DNA of 64,000 nucleotides from a candidate division CPR2 bacterium GW2011_GWC2_39_10. Lineage in GTDB: Bacteria > Patescibacteriota > CPR2. Shown here one piece after another: positions 27,483 through 35,665 of the stretch. Each line of letters starts with the position of its first letter. The first letter of the stretch is position 1. The DNA lies in contig LBVV01000009.1 in assembly GCA_000993275.1 (NCBI GenBank), forward strand, positions 2,897 through 66,896, written 5' to 3'. The notes beneath the pieces are model-generated. The model saw only the letters and a list, made by a program, of their open reading frames with translations, did not search any database and was not told the origin of the DNA. The translations under genes were made by a program, and so were the position numbers.

Positions 27483-28501
27483 AATTAGAAGATAGACATA
27501 ATTTAAAACTTATCATTATCCTATTCCTGGCGCTGCTATTGGGTGGTACTATTGGTTTTGTTGCTTTTACGGACGAAGACATACTAACCGCTTTCTACAG
27601 GACTATCATTTTAATGCTGACTCACTTTGACCATGAAATTCCGGAGACTTGGGGAGTAAGGCTTCTTGTCTTGGGTCTAATTTTTGGAAGTCTTATCATT
27701 ATGGCATATTTAATAAAGATATTTGCTCAGTATATTTTTGAAGGAACGCTGAGTGATAATATAAGGAGGCGAAGAATGAAAAAAGAAATAGATGCTATGA
27801 AAGACCATTTTATAGTTTGCGGTTTTGGGCGTGTCGGACAACAGATCGTTCAGGAGCTTATAAATGAAGATGTCAATTTTGTCGTTTTAGATCGTGACGA
27901 AAAAGCATTTCATGATAGAATATCAAAGAAGATTAAATTTTTGCCTAAAGATCCAACATTCGAGGATAATTTGCGTGATGCGGGTATTTACAGGGCCAAG
28001 TCTTTAATTGCGGGTTTGGGTGAAGATACGGATAATTTGCTTCTAACATTGGCGGCCAGATCCCTAAATCCCAACCTTTATATCGTTTCCAGATGTAGTT
28101 TTGAGGAAAATGCGGCAAAATTAGAAAAGGCAGGAGCGGACAGAGTTGCAATGCCGTATCAAATTGGCGGATATCATATGGCCACTATGGCCTTGAGGCC
28201 GGCAGTTGTTGATTTTTTAGATGTCATTATAGACAGCAAGCATCACGAATTGCAAATAGAAGAAGTTTGTGTTGAAGAAGATTCGCCGCTAATTGGCAAG
28301 CCATTAACGGAATATTTATCCAGAAAAAGAACGGGTGCCACAATTTTGGCAATTAACCGTTATGATGGAACATCTGTTATTAATCCGGCGGGAGACGAAA
28401 TAATTTATAGTAAAGACAAACTAATAATTATGGGCACAAAGAAGCAGTTGGAAAATTTGGCCAGTTCAATCTTTAGCGAGGAGAGTATTATTGTTAAGTA
28501 A
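27479..28501 (+). CDS. Two-TM pore + RCK (TrkA-N/TrkA-C) channel-like protein with non-canonical filter
   Basis: 340 aa. M1, pore helix and M2, then Rossmann HFIVCGFGRVGQQIVQEL and a TrkA-C-like end. The TVGYGD position reads LTHFDH. Confidence 0.75.
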   Translation: MKLEDRHNLKLIIILFLALLLGGTIGFVAFTDEDILTAFYRTIILMLTHFDHEIPETWGVRLLVLGLIFGSLIIMAYLIKIFAQYIFEGTLSDNIRRRRMKKEIDAMKDHFIVCGFGRVGQQIVQELINEDVNFVVLDRDEKAFHDRISKKIKFLPKDPTFEDNLRDAGIYRAKSLIAGLGEDTDNLLLTLAARSLNPNLYIVSRCSFEENAAKLEKAGADRVAMPYQIGGYHMATMALRPAVVDFLDVIIDSKHHELQIEEVCVEEDSPLIGKPLTEYLSRKRTGATILAINRYDGTSVINPAGDEIIYSKDKLIIMGTKKQLENLASSIFSEESIIVK

Positions 28502-28844
28502 AGAATTTACAGAAGAGCAAAAAGAGATTTTGAAAAAAAAGCTTAAAGATATCGAGGCAGAACTGGAAGAAAGAGCAGTTAAGTCGCCGGATAATATTTT
28601 TTGGAAGGCAAAATTTGATGATTTTGGCATAGAGGACGACGATGAGGTCTTAGAAGACGAAGTTTTCGATGTCAAAGTTGCCCAAATAAAAAATTTGTTA
28701 GAAGATAAGGCGCAAATTGAGTTAGCGTTGGAAAAGTTTTATAACGGAAGTTACGGTATTTGTGCGAATTGCCGTCAAGAAATTGATGTAGAAAGATTAA
28801 AGGCTTTCCCTGAAGCAACATTTTGTATAAAATGTGATTCATGA
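28491..28844 (+). CDS. DksA/TraR-family C4 zinc-finger protein
   Basis: Coiled-coil N-terminus, then C-terminal CANCRQEI...ATFCIKCDS. Confidence 0.8.
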   Translation: MLSKEFTEEQKEILKKKLKDIEAELEERAVKSPDNIFWKAKFDDFGIEDDDEVLEDEVFDVKVAQIKNLLEDKAQIELALEKFYNGSYGICANCRQEIDVERLKAFPEATFCIKCDS

Positions 28845-29770
28845 AAAAGGATTATAAAATTGATAATGAGGGATCCGGCAAAAGACTGGATGTTTTTTTA
28901 GTTTCCAGGGAGACTAATTATTCCAGGTCTTTTGTCCAGAAATTAATAATTGGGGGTAGGGTGCTAATTAATAATGTTTCCGGAAAAGCGAATATGATAT
29001 TAAAAGTGGGAGACTCCGTTTCATTTACAGCTCCGGAAGCAAAAAAAGAAGAAAAATTAAAGCCGTCTAACGATATAGAGATCCCTATAATTTTTGAGAA
29101 TGAAGAATTTTTAGCAATAAACAAACCGGCCGGGCTTGTTGTTCATCCGGCATTTGGTCACCCGGATGATACCTTAGTAAATATTCTTGTATCAATGCGT
29201 CCGGATTTAATGCGTCTGGATAATTTACGTCCGGGAATTATTCATCGGCTGGATAAAGATACTTCCGGCATAATGCTGGTTGCAAAAACCCAGGAAGCGG
29301 TAACTTTTTTATCCAAGGAAATTGAAAATAGAAAAGTAAAGAAACATTATTTGGCTTTGGTTTTTGGCAAGGTCGATCCTAAAAGGGGAGAGATTAATGT
29401 TCCCCTTAAAAGATCTTCGGTTAATAGAAAAAAAGTTGATGTTTCCGCGGCGGGTAAAACAGCAATTACGAATTATGAAGTGGCGGAGGAACTGGGCAAC
29501 GCGACATTAATAAATGCTTTTCCGGTAACCGGCAGAACGCATCAAATTAGAGTTCATTTTTCGTATATTGGTCATCCAATAATTGGCGATGAAACATATT
29601 CGTCAGGGTTACAACTTCTGGAGGCGAAAAAGTTGGGGGTTACCAGGCAAATGCTTCATGCTTATCGCTTGGGTTTTAAAGACCCCAAAACTAAAAAATG
29701 GCTGGAACTAGAGGCTCCGGTTCCTCAAGATTTTCAAAAGTTACTTCAGAAAACAAGGATGGAAAAATGA
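28841..29770 (+). CDS. rluD: RluA-family 23S rRNA pseudouridine synthase (RluD-like)
   Basis: S4 domain (GKRLDVFLV...), catalytic HRLDKDTSGIMLVAK, and GRTHQIRVHF. Confidence 0.9.
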   Translation: MKKDYKIDNEGSGKRLDVFLVSRETNYSRSFVQKLIIGGRVLINNVSGKANMILKVGDSVSFTAPEAKKEEKLKPSNDIEIPIIFENEEFLAINKPAGLVVHPAFGHPDDTLVNILVSMRPDLMRLDNLRPGIIHRLDKDTSGIMLVAKTQEAVTFLSKEIENRKVKKHYLALVFGKVDPKRGEINVPLKRSSVNRKKVDVSAAGKTAITNYEVAEELGNATLINAFPVTGRTHQIRVHFSYIGHPIIGDETYSSGLQLLEAKKLGVTRQMLHAYRLGFKDPKTKKWLELEAPVPQDFQKLLQKTRMEK

Positions 29771-30684
29771 TCGGCGACATTATCCAATTGGAGAAGGCGA
29801 GAATGGCCTATAAAAATGGCACCCTAAAACAGTCATATTTAATTACCGGTCCGTGGGATATCGGAAAAAAAGATTTTGCCATAGCGTTTTCGGCAATGAT
29901 TTTTTGCGAAACTAAAGACAATTGCGGTAAATGTAAGGGCTGCAAAAAAACCAATTCTTTTTCTAATCCCGACTTCTATGTTTTAGATGAGGAAGGGCAA
30001 ATAAAAATTGATTCGATAAGAGAGCTAAATAAAAAATTAAATTTAAAGCCCTATGAGTTTGAAAGTAAGGTAGCTTTAATAATTGGGGCAGAGAGAATGA
30101 CAATTGAAGCGGCAAATAGTTTACTAAAGATATTAGAAGAACCGCCGGAAGATTCTGTTATTATTCTTACATCCGCCGTACCCGGTCAATTGCTAGAAAC
30201 CATTAAGTCCAGATGTCAGGATATCAAGTTAAAAAATATGCCTAAAAAAATGATTGTTGAAGAATTAATTAAAAACCATGGCTTGAAAAGCGATGAGGCC
30301 TTAAGAATTGCCAATATCGCTTTAGGAAGGCCAAAATTAGCGGAGAAATTGGTCGTAAATGATGATTATGGTGAAGAGGTTGAATTTTTAAGAGAAATTG
30401 CAAAAAAAAATTTGTGCGATAGGTTCAAATTGGCGTCAGATTTTGCCGAAAAAAAGAATGTGTTAAGGTTAATCGGTTATTGGGAGACTTTTTTTATGGA
30501 TCTTTTAAAAGCAAAAATGGATGGCAGGGATGACCTGTCAACAACAAAACATAAGGTTAAAGATTTCTCTTGGGACATCTGGGCAATCGTAAACATACTT
30601 GACATTTTAGAGAAAATGAGGGAATATATCCAGAGTAAAATCAAAAATAAACTAATTCTAGAGAACATATTCTTAAATATATGA
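29767..30684 (+). CDS. holB: DNA polymerase III delta' subunit
   Basis: Preferred start is ATG 29767 (ATGA overlap with rluD). CGKCKGCKK zinc module and LLKILEEPPEDSVIILTS sensor region. Confidence 0.8.
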   Translation: MIGDIIQLEKARMAYKNGTLKQSYLITGPWDIGKKDFAIAFSAMIFCETKDNCGKCKGCKKTNSFSNPDFYVLDEEGQIKIDSIRELNKKLNLKPYEFESKVALIIGAERMTIEAANSLLKILEEPPEDSVIILTSAVPGQLLETIKSRCQDIKLKNMPKKMIVEELIKNHGLKSDEALRIANIALGRPKLAEKLVVNDDYGEEVEFLREIAKKNLCDRFKLASDFAEKKNVLRLIGYWETFFMDLLKAKMDGRDDLSTTKHKVKDFSWDIWAIVNILDILEKMREYIQSKIKNKLILENIFLNI

Positions 30685-31367
30685 AGCTTGCCGGAATCCA
30701 ATTTCAATACTCTCTTAAAATTTATGATTTCGATCAGAACGACCTGGAAATTTCATTGGGTGATTTTGTTTTGGTAGAAACTATTCAGGGTCAGGAAATA
30801 GGAAGGGTGGTTTACTTAAATAAAAAGAAAAAAACGAGTGATGAAGATGCCAGGCCGATACTCCGAAAAGCAACTTTGGAAGACCGGGAAAAAATGAAAG
30901 AGTTAAAAGAGGAAGCTGCCACTTATTTGCCGGATTTCGAAAAACAAGTCAAGAGTTTTGGGCTTAAAATGAGACCGCTTGCCGCTGATATTTCTGTTGA
31001 TGAAAAGAGATTGACTTTTTATTTTATGGCAGAAAGCAGGATTGATTTTAGGGATATGGTAAGAGAATTGGCCAGGGAATATAAAAAGCAAATAAGACTC
31101 TTACAGGTTGGTGCCAGAGACGGAGCCCGAATTGTGGGCGGTTATGGCAGGTGCGGTTTAGTAGTCTGCTGTCAGAGATTCCTTACGGACTTAGAAAGCA
31201 TCACCATGGATATGGCGAGGAATCAGAATTTGGCGGCTAAATCAGGTTCTAAAATTTCCGGAATTTGCGGCAAACTAATGTGCTGTCTTGCATACGAAAC
31301 TGATGATAAAAATAAGATTGAGAAAGAGATGGAAAAAGAAATTGATGCTGCTCAAAGCCGAGACTAA
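30681..31367 (+). CDS. PSP1 domain protein (RicT/YaaT-like)
   Basis: PSP1 C-terminal domain with Cys cluster GRCGLVVCCQRF...CGKLMCCLAYE. Follows holB as in many Firmicutes. Confidence 0.85.
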   Translation: MKLAGIQFQYSLKIYDFDQNDLEISLGDFVLVETIQGQEIGRVVYLNKKKKTSDEDARPILRKATLEDREKMKELKEEAATYLPDFEKQVKSFGLKMRPLAADISVDEKRLTFYFMAESRIDFRDMVRELAREYKKQIRLLQVGARDGARIVGGYGRCGLVVCCQRFLTDLESITMDMARNQNLAAKSGSKISGICGKLMCCLAYETDDKNKIEKEMEKEIDAAQSRD

Positions 31368-31403
31368 ATAATTGTGCATCTAATTTCAGAATGGGTTTAA
31401 GTA

Positions 31404-31593
31404 TGTCATTCCGGACTTGATCCGGAATCTATTATTTCTTTATTTCTATTTCCACTTTTGGCAGCAAAAGTGGAGCAAAACTGCCGACACGCTACAAAAT
31501 CGGATTAGCACATAAGGCTCATTCACTCTCAAAAAGTCGAACTCGTCATCTTCTCTTCGCCAAGTGCATCTCGATTTTTCCGCTACAGTCGGA
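31404..31593 (+). repeat. Family B short hairpin (31404-31432) followed by family C element copy (31450-31593)
   Basis: gtcattccggacttgatccggaatc, then the same ~98-nt core as 25287-25384 with a 16-nt insertion (atcttctcttcgccaa) before gtgcatctcgatttttccgctacagtcgga. Confidence 0.9.
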
Positions 31594-31643
31594 GAAGAAT
31601 TATAGATATTGATATCGCAAATAGTATGGACTATTATTAATTT

Positions 31644-31880
31644 ATGTTTGGTGCATGTTTTGTAACTGATTACGGATATTATATGCTTGCCGGATTTATT
31701 ATTGCAGGTTTATTATCCGGGTACATTTCATTTTTATTAATTAGAAAACTAATCAAGACAAAGAAAGACTCTTTACTGATACCAATAATATTATTAGGAA
31801 TAGTTTTTCTTATTTCGGCCATTTTTATTTTGAATTTTAAACAACTTGCATGGATGTCGACATGTATTGCCTCAGTTTAA
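31644..31880 (+). CDS. Hypothetical small membrane protein
   Basis: 78 aa with two hydrophobic helices. No family recognised. Confidence 0.35.
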   Translation: MFGACFVTDYGYYMLAGFIIAGLLSGYISFLLIRKLIKTKKDSLLIPIILLGIVFLISAIFILNFKQLAWMSTCIASV

Positions 31881-31902
31881 TACAAATAATAATAACAAAT
31901 AA

Positions 31903-31931
31903 TTGACTATAAGGCATAATTTAGATATAAT
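31903..31931 (+). promoter_or_regulatory. Sigma70-type promoter upstream of the tRNA cluster
   Basis: ttgact (31903-31908), 17-nt spacer, tataat (31926-31931). Confidence 0.55.
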
Positions 31932-32019
31932 AGTACAGAATTTCGGCCTCTTTTTTTGTTTTTAAAAATGTGTCAATTGAGTTTTAATGGTAGGGGGCTG
32001 GTTGCATGGATAAAAAAAT

Positions 32020-32073
32020 GCCGATGTAGCGTTAGTGGCAGAGTCCGGCAACTGACGGATAAACAGTAGGTTG
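32020..32073 (+). pseudogene. Partial 5' duplicate of tRNA-Thr(UGU); no T arm and no 3' acceptor strand
   Basis: aaaaatgccgatgtagc...ggcagag...aaacagtaggttg matches the first two thirds of the tRNA at 32106, including 5 flanking nt. It then diverges and no catcggc follows. Confidence 0.7.
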
Positions 32074-32105
32074 ACCGTAAGGCTAGGTAAGTGAGCAGGA
32101 AAAAT

Positions 32106-32177
32106 GCCGATGTAGCTCAATGGCAGAGCAACTGTTTTGTAAACAGTAGGTTGTGGGTTCGAATCCCTCCATCGGCT
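32106..32177 (+). tRNA. tRNA-Thr (anticodon UGU), CCA encoded at 32178-32180
   Basis: Hand fold: acceptor gccgatg/catcggc, D arm gctc-aatggca-gagc, anticodon stem actgt/acagt with loop ttTGTaa, T arm gtggg-ttcgaat-ccctc (one U-U mismatch). Confidence 0.88.
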
Positions 32178-32265
32178 CCATAAAAGTTATCAGGAATCAG
32201 TAACCAGGAAACATTAATAGGGATAGAAGATTGTTTACTGATTACTGTTTCCTGATTCCTGACAC

Positions 32266-32348
32266 GGGCAGGTACCCAAGTGGCCAACGGGGGCAGACTG
32301 TAAATCTGCTGGCATTCGCCTTCGAAGGTTCGAATCCTTCCCTGCCCA
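32266..32348 (+). tRNA. tRNA-Tyr (anticodon GUA), long variable arm, CCA encoded
   Basis: Acceptor gggcagg/cctgccc, anticodon stem gcaga/tctgc with loop ctGTAaa, variable arm tggcattcgccttc, T arm gaagg-ttcgaat-ccttc. Confidence 0.93.
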
Positions 32349-32444
32349 CCAATAACAATAAACAATTAACAAGGAACAAAAAACAAAAGCACAGTTTTAC
32401 GGATAAAATGTTTTTTGTTGATTGCACTTTGTTTTTTGGCTCGG

Positions 32445-32517
32445 GCCCAGATAGCTCAGTTGGCAGAGCGCATCCATGGTAAGGATGAGGTCACGGGTTC
32501 GAATCCCGTTCTGGGCT
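32445..32517 (+). tRNA. tRNA-Thr (anticodon GGU), CCA encoded
   Basis: Acceptor gcccaga/tctgggc, D arm gctc-agttggca-gagc, anticodon stem catcc/ggatg with loop atGGTaa, T arm acggg-ttcgaat-cccgt. Confidence 0.93.
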
Positions 32518-32617
32518 CCAGATAACTTGCTAAGTTTTCAAACAATGTTACCTCAATAATTTGCCCTAGTAACTTGCAAACTTACCAATTAATAAACTAG
32601 AATAAAAGGAGAAATAA

Positions 32618-32782
32618 ATGGCAAAGAAAGAAAATCGGCCGGTAATTGCACTTGCTTGCGGTGAATGTAAAAACAGGAACTATTCAACTACAAAAAATAA
32701 GAAGAATACGACTGACAGGATAGAATTAAGCAAATTTTGTCCTTTTTGCCGAAAAACCACAGCTCACAAAGAAACGAAATAA
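32618..32782 (+). CDS. rpmG: 50S ribosomal protein L33 (not in the ORF track, 54 aa)
   Basis: Hand translation: [54 protein letters not shown]. Two CxxC pairs. RBS aaaggag 7 nt upstream. Possible promoter ttgcaa(32574)/tagaat(32598). Confidence 0.93.
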   Translation: MAKKENRPVIALACGECKNRNYSTTKNKKNTTDRIELSKFCPFCRKTTAHKETK

Positions 32783-32870
32783 AACTTTATATAGTTCGAT
32801 ATTTGACAAGTAAATGTTGATATTTTAGAATGGTTATGGGTGTAAATATAACTGTTGATTATTATTCAAA

Positions 32871-33533
32871 ATGAAAACTAATCTTAAATCAAAAGCCATA
32901 TCTTTGCGTAAGCAAGGCTTCTCTTTGAAAGAAATAAGTGAAGATTTAGGTATAGCAAAAAGTACGGCATCCTTGTGGTTAAGGGATACTGTTTTAAGCG
33001 CAAATGCTATAAAAAGGATTGAAAGTAGAATAACTAAAGGACAAATAAAAGCGGCTGAAATAAAGAGAGAAAAAACAAGAAAATTGTTAAATGAATTTCA
33101 AGCAAAAAGCGATGTGTTAGTTGGGCGAACTATATTAAATATTGATATGATAAAGATAATATGTTCATTGATTTATTGGTGTGAGGGGGGTAAATATAGC
33201 GATAATTTCGTACAATTTACCAATTCAGATCCCAGTCTTATGGGTACATTTCTGCAATTACTTAGGCAGGTATTTATGGTAGATGAAAAAAAATTTAGGG
33301 TTTGTATGCATCTTCATGACTATCATAATGAAAAAAAGCAAAGACAATTTTGGTCTATGGTAACAGAAGTTCCCGAGAGCCAGTTTATAAAGTCATACAA
33401 TAAGCCAAATACGGGAAAGAGAATTAGAAAAGGTTATCAAGGATGTGTGCAGTTGAGGTATTATGATGCGGTAGTATCGAGAGAATTATTAGCAATAGCT
33501 AAATCTTTCATGAATAAACTTGAAAACAAATAA
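32871..33533 (+). CDS. HTH protein with LAGLIDADG-like homing-endonuclease-like C-terminal domain (tentative)
   Basis: N-terminal HTH LRKQGFSLKEISEDLGIAKSTASLWLRD. Then LIYWCEGGKYSDNFVQFTNSDPSLMGTFLQLL, resembling the single LAGLIDADG-type motif (hydrophobic-YW-x-EG-x-K). Own promoter ttgaca(32803)/tagaat(32826). The stop abuts tRNA-Trp. Confidence 0.45.
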   Translation: MKTNLKSKAISLRKQGFSLKEISEDLGIAKSTASLWLRDTVLSANAIKRIESRITKGQIKAAEIKREKTRKLLNEFQAKSDVLVGRTILNIDMIKIICSLIYWCEGGKYSDNFVQFTNSDPSLMGTFLQLLRQVFMVDEKKFRVCMHLHDYHNEKKQRQFWSMVTEVPESQFIKSYNKPNTGKRIRKGYQGCVQLRYYDAVVSRELLAIAKSFMNKLENK

Positions 33534-33606
33534 AGGGGCGTTCGTTAATTGGATAAACGGCTACTCTCCAAAAGTAGTCCTGCCGGTTCGAGTCCGGCCG
33601 CCCCTG
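33534..33606 (+). tRNA. tRNA-Trp (anticodon CCA), CCA end encoded
   Basis: Acceptor aggggcg/cgcccct, D arm cgtt-aattggata-aacg, anticodon stem ctact/agtag with loop ctCCAaa, T arm gccgg-ttcgagt-ccggc. Starts the nucleotide after the preceding stop codon. Confidence 0.92.
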
Positions 33607-34041
33607 CCAAAAGAATAAATTCACGATTAGCCGATAGCTTATGGCTAGTTATATAAAGAGAAGAAATAAATTTACTGATTGCCAATGACTTGTGGTCATA
33701 AATAAGAAAGCCAAAGAAAGATTTTTAGCTTCGCGCTTGACTAAACTGGACTTACGCAAAATGGCACATCTATCCAAGCCGAAAACAAGTGAGATAAAAT
33801 CTCTTTTCTCTACTGGAAGCGTATTTGTAGATACGCTGACAGGAGAAAAAGGGATTTTAGCCACTTGGGGTGGTTTGGGAGGTGTGGTAGGTTTGCGTAA
33901 GTTCAGTAAAGCCATTTTAGAGTTATTATTTATACCAAGGGGAATAAATATTATGATAAGAATAATTAAAAAATTGGTCGGAGAAAAGCTTAAGGAATAT
34001 TTTTTTGTGTAATAACATTTAATTATTGCCTAATGCATTTT

Positions 34042-34064
34042 CCGGCCGATAAGCCGGTTTTTTT
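34042..34064 (+). terminator. Rho-independent terminator
   Basis: ccggc-cgataa-gccgg hairpin followed by ttttttt, ending directly at ATG 34065. Confidence 0.6.
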
Positions 34065-34092
34065 ATGAAAAATTTAAAGAAATACATTTTTA

Positions 34093-34866
34093 ATGCAAAG
34101 ACTTATGTTAATGGATGCTTTCGAATACAGAGCTTCTTATTGGTTTTGGGTATTTATTCAGACCTTGCCAATTATTGGCATTTATTTCTTGTGGAGTGCC
34201 ATTATTCCTGCCGGCGGTTCCTTAAAGGGCTATAATTACCAGGCAATTTTGACTTATTATATTGGCGTTACTATAGCGGTAAGAATAATTCAGTCCACCC
34301 CCGAATGGGACTTAAATTGGAGCATAAACGAAGGATATTTTACATATTATTTATATAGACCAATTAGTCCGTATTTAGAGATGCTATCGGTACGTATCGC
34401 CATGAAAATTTTTAATTTGATGTTATTTATTCCGGCGATATCGCTTATCATTTATTTGCTGGGTTCTAATATTGCCTTGCCCTCGCTGGCTAACCTTCTT
34501 TTATTTTTTGGTTTCTGTTTGATCAGTTTTGTCATAATGTTTACAATTTCTTTTACAGTTGGGCTTATTGCTTTTTGGTGGGAAAATGCGGCGGCCATAT
34601 TTTATTTTAAGAACGCCATTGTTGCCTTATTATCAGGCTATACTATTCCTTTCGAATTTTTTCCGGCAAAATTTCAAAATTTTTTAAACATCTTGCCCTT
34701 TAAATATGTTGCTTATTTTCCGGCAAAAATATTTCAAGGACAGCTTTCTTTAGGCGAGATTGGTAAAGGAGCTTTGCTAGCCTTGCTCTGGATGTTAATT
34801 TTACTGACAATCATGCGTTTTATCTATCTTAAAGGCTTAAGAAGGTATTCGGCGGTGGGAGGATAA
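34093..34866 (+). CDS. ABC-2-type transporter permease (DUF990/COG4587-like)
   Basis: 257 aa, six hydrophobic segments, paralogous in layout to the next gene. The N-terminus may actually start at ATG 34065 in another frame (see findings). Confidence 0.7.
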   Translation: MQRLMLMDAFEYRASYWFWVFIQTLPIIGIYFLWSAIIPAGGSLKGYNYQAILTYYIGVTIAVRIIQSTPEWDLNWSINEGYFTYYLYRPISPYLEMLSVRIAMKIFNLMLFIPAISLIIYLLGSNIALPSLANLLLFFGFCLISFVIMFTISFTVGLIAFWWENAAAIFYFKNAIVALLSGYTIPFEFFPAKFQNFLNILPFKYVAYFPAKIFQGQLSLGEIGKGALLALLWMLILLTIMRFIYLKGLRRYSAVGG

Positions 34867-34867
34867 A

Positions 34868-35656
34868 ATGAAAAGACATTTAAAATTAATTTTGTTATTT
34901 ATGAAGCTTTCCTTGATGAAGGAAATGATCTATAAAAAAACCTTTGTTTGGTCTTTTATTACCATAACGGCTTGGTGGCTCGTGCAGCTTACCATGGTTA
35001 ATTTAATATATTATAACGTGAAGGCGATTGCAGGTTGGAATTTTGGCGAGATGCTGGTGCTGCTTGGTACTTTTAATATTGTTGATTCATTGATTTTTGC
35101 TTTTTTCGTTAATAATATGGGCAAAATTGCTGATTATATTAGAAAGGGCGACTTAGACTTCTTCTTGATAAAACCTATTAGCAGTCAATTTTATGTAACT
35201 TTTAAGCTTTTTAGCTTTAACGAATTATATGAAGTTTTTCTGGGTATGTTCCTTGTATTTTTTGGTTTAGGAAAAATTAGTTATAATATCCCTCTAATAA
35301 ATTGGTCAGTTTTTATAATTATGATTTTTTCGGCCATTGCTATTTCTTATGCGTTATGGCTTATTACTTCCTGTTTCGCTTTTATTTCGCCTCGTATCAG
35401 CGAAATTCATGAGGCATTCATTTCGATTTCCCAGTTTTCGAAATATCCGGTTGGAATATATAACAAATTTTTTAACCGGTTGCTTGTTTGGTTTTTCCCA
35501 GTTCTATTTATGGCCGCCATACCTGCTGGAGTGTTGCTAGGCAAATATAGTTTTATTTATGCCGCTTTTTCCATTATTCTAGCCGTTATGTTCATTCTTA
35601 TTTCGACAAAAATTTGGAATTTTTCTTTAAAATATTATCAGAGTGCATCTAGTTAA
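34868..35656 (+). CDS. ABC-2-type transporter permease (COG3694-like)
   Basis: 262 aa multi-TM protein, adjacent to and paired with the permease upstream and the ATPase downstream. Confidence 0.7.
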   Translation: MKRHLKLILLFMKLSLMKEMIYKKTFVWSFITITAWWLVQLTMVNLIYYNVKAIAGWNFGEMLVLLGTFNIVDSLIFAFFVNNMGKIADYIRKGDLDFFLIKPISSQFYVTFKLFSFNELYEVFLGMFLVFFGLGKISYNIPLINWSVFIIMIFSAIAISYALWLITSCFAFISPRISEIHEAFISISQFSKYPVGIYNKFFNRLLVWFFPVLFMAAIPAGVLLGKYSFIYAAFSIILAVMFILISTKIWNFSLKYYQSASS

Positions 35657-35665
35657 AGGAGTTTT

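Noticed and set aside
33649-34012. ORFs 33692-34012 (plus strand) and 33649-33915 (minus strand) after tRNA-Trp. I looked for secE or nusG here.
   Set aside because: There is no SecE-like TM helix and no NusG KOW/NGN motif. The two overlapping ORFs on opposite strands have no RBS. This is probably a non-coding or degraded region.
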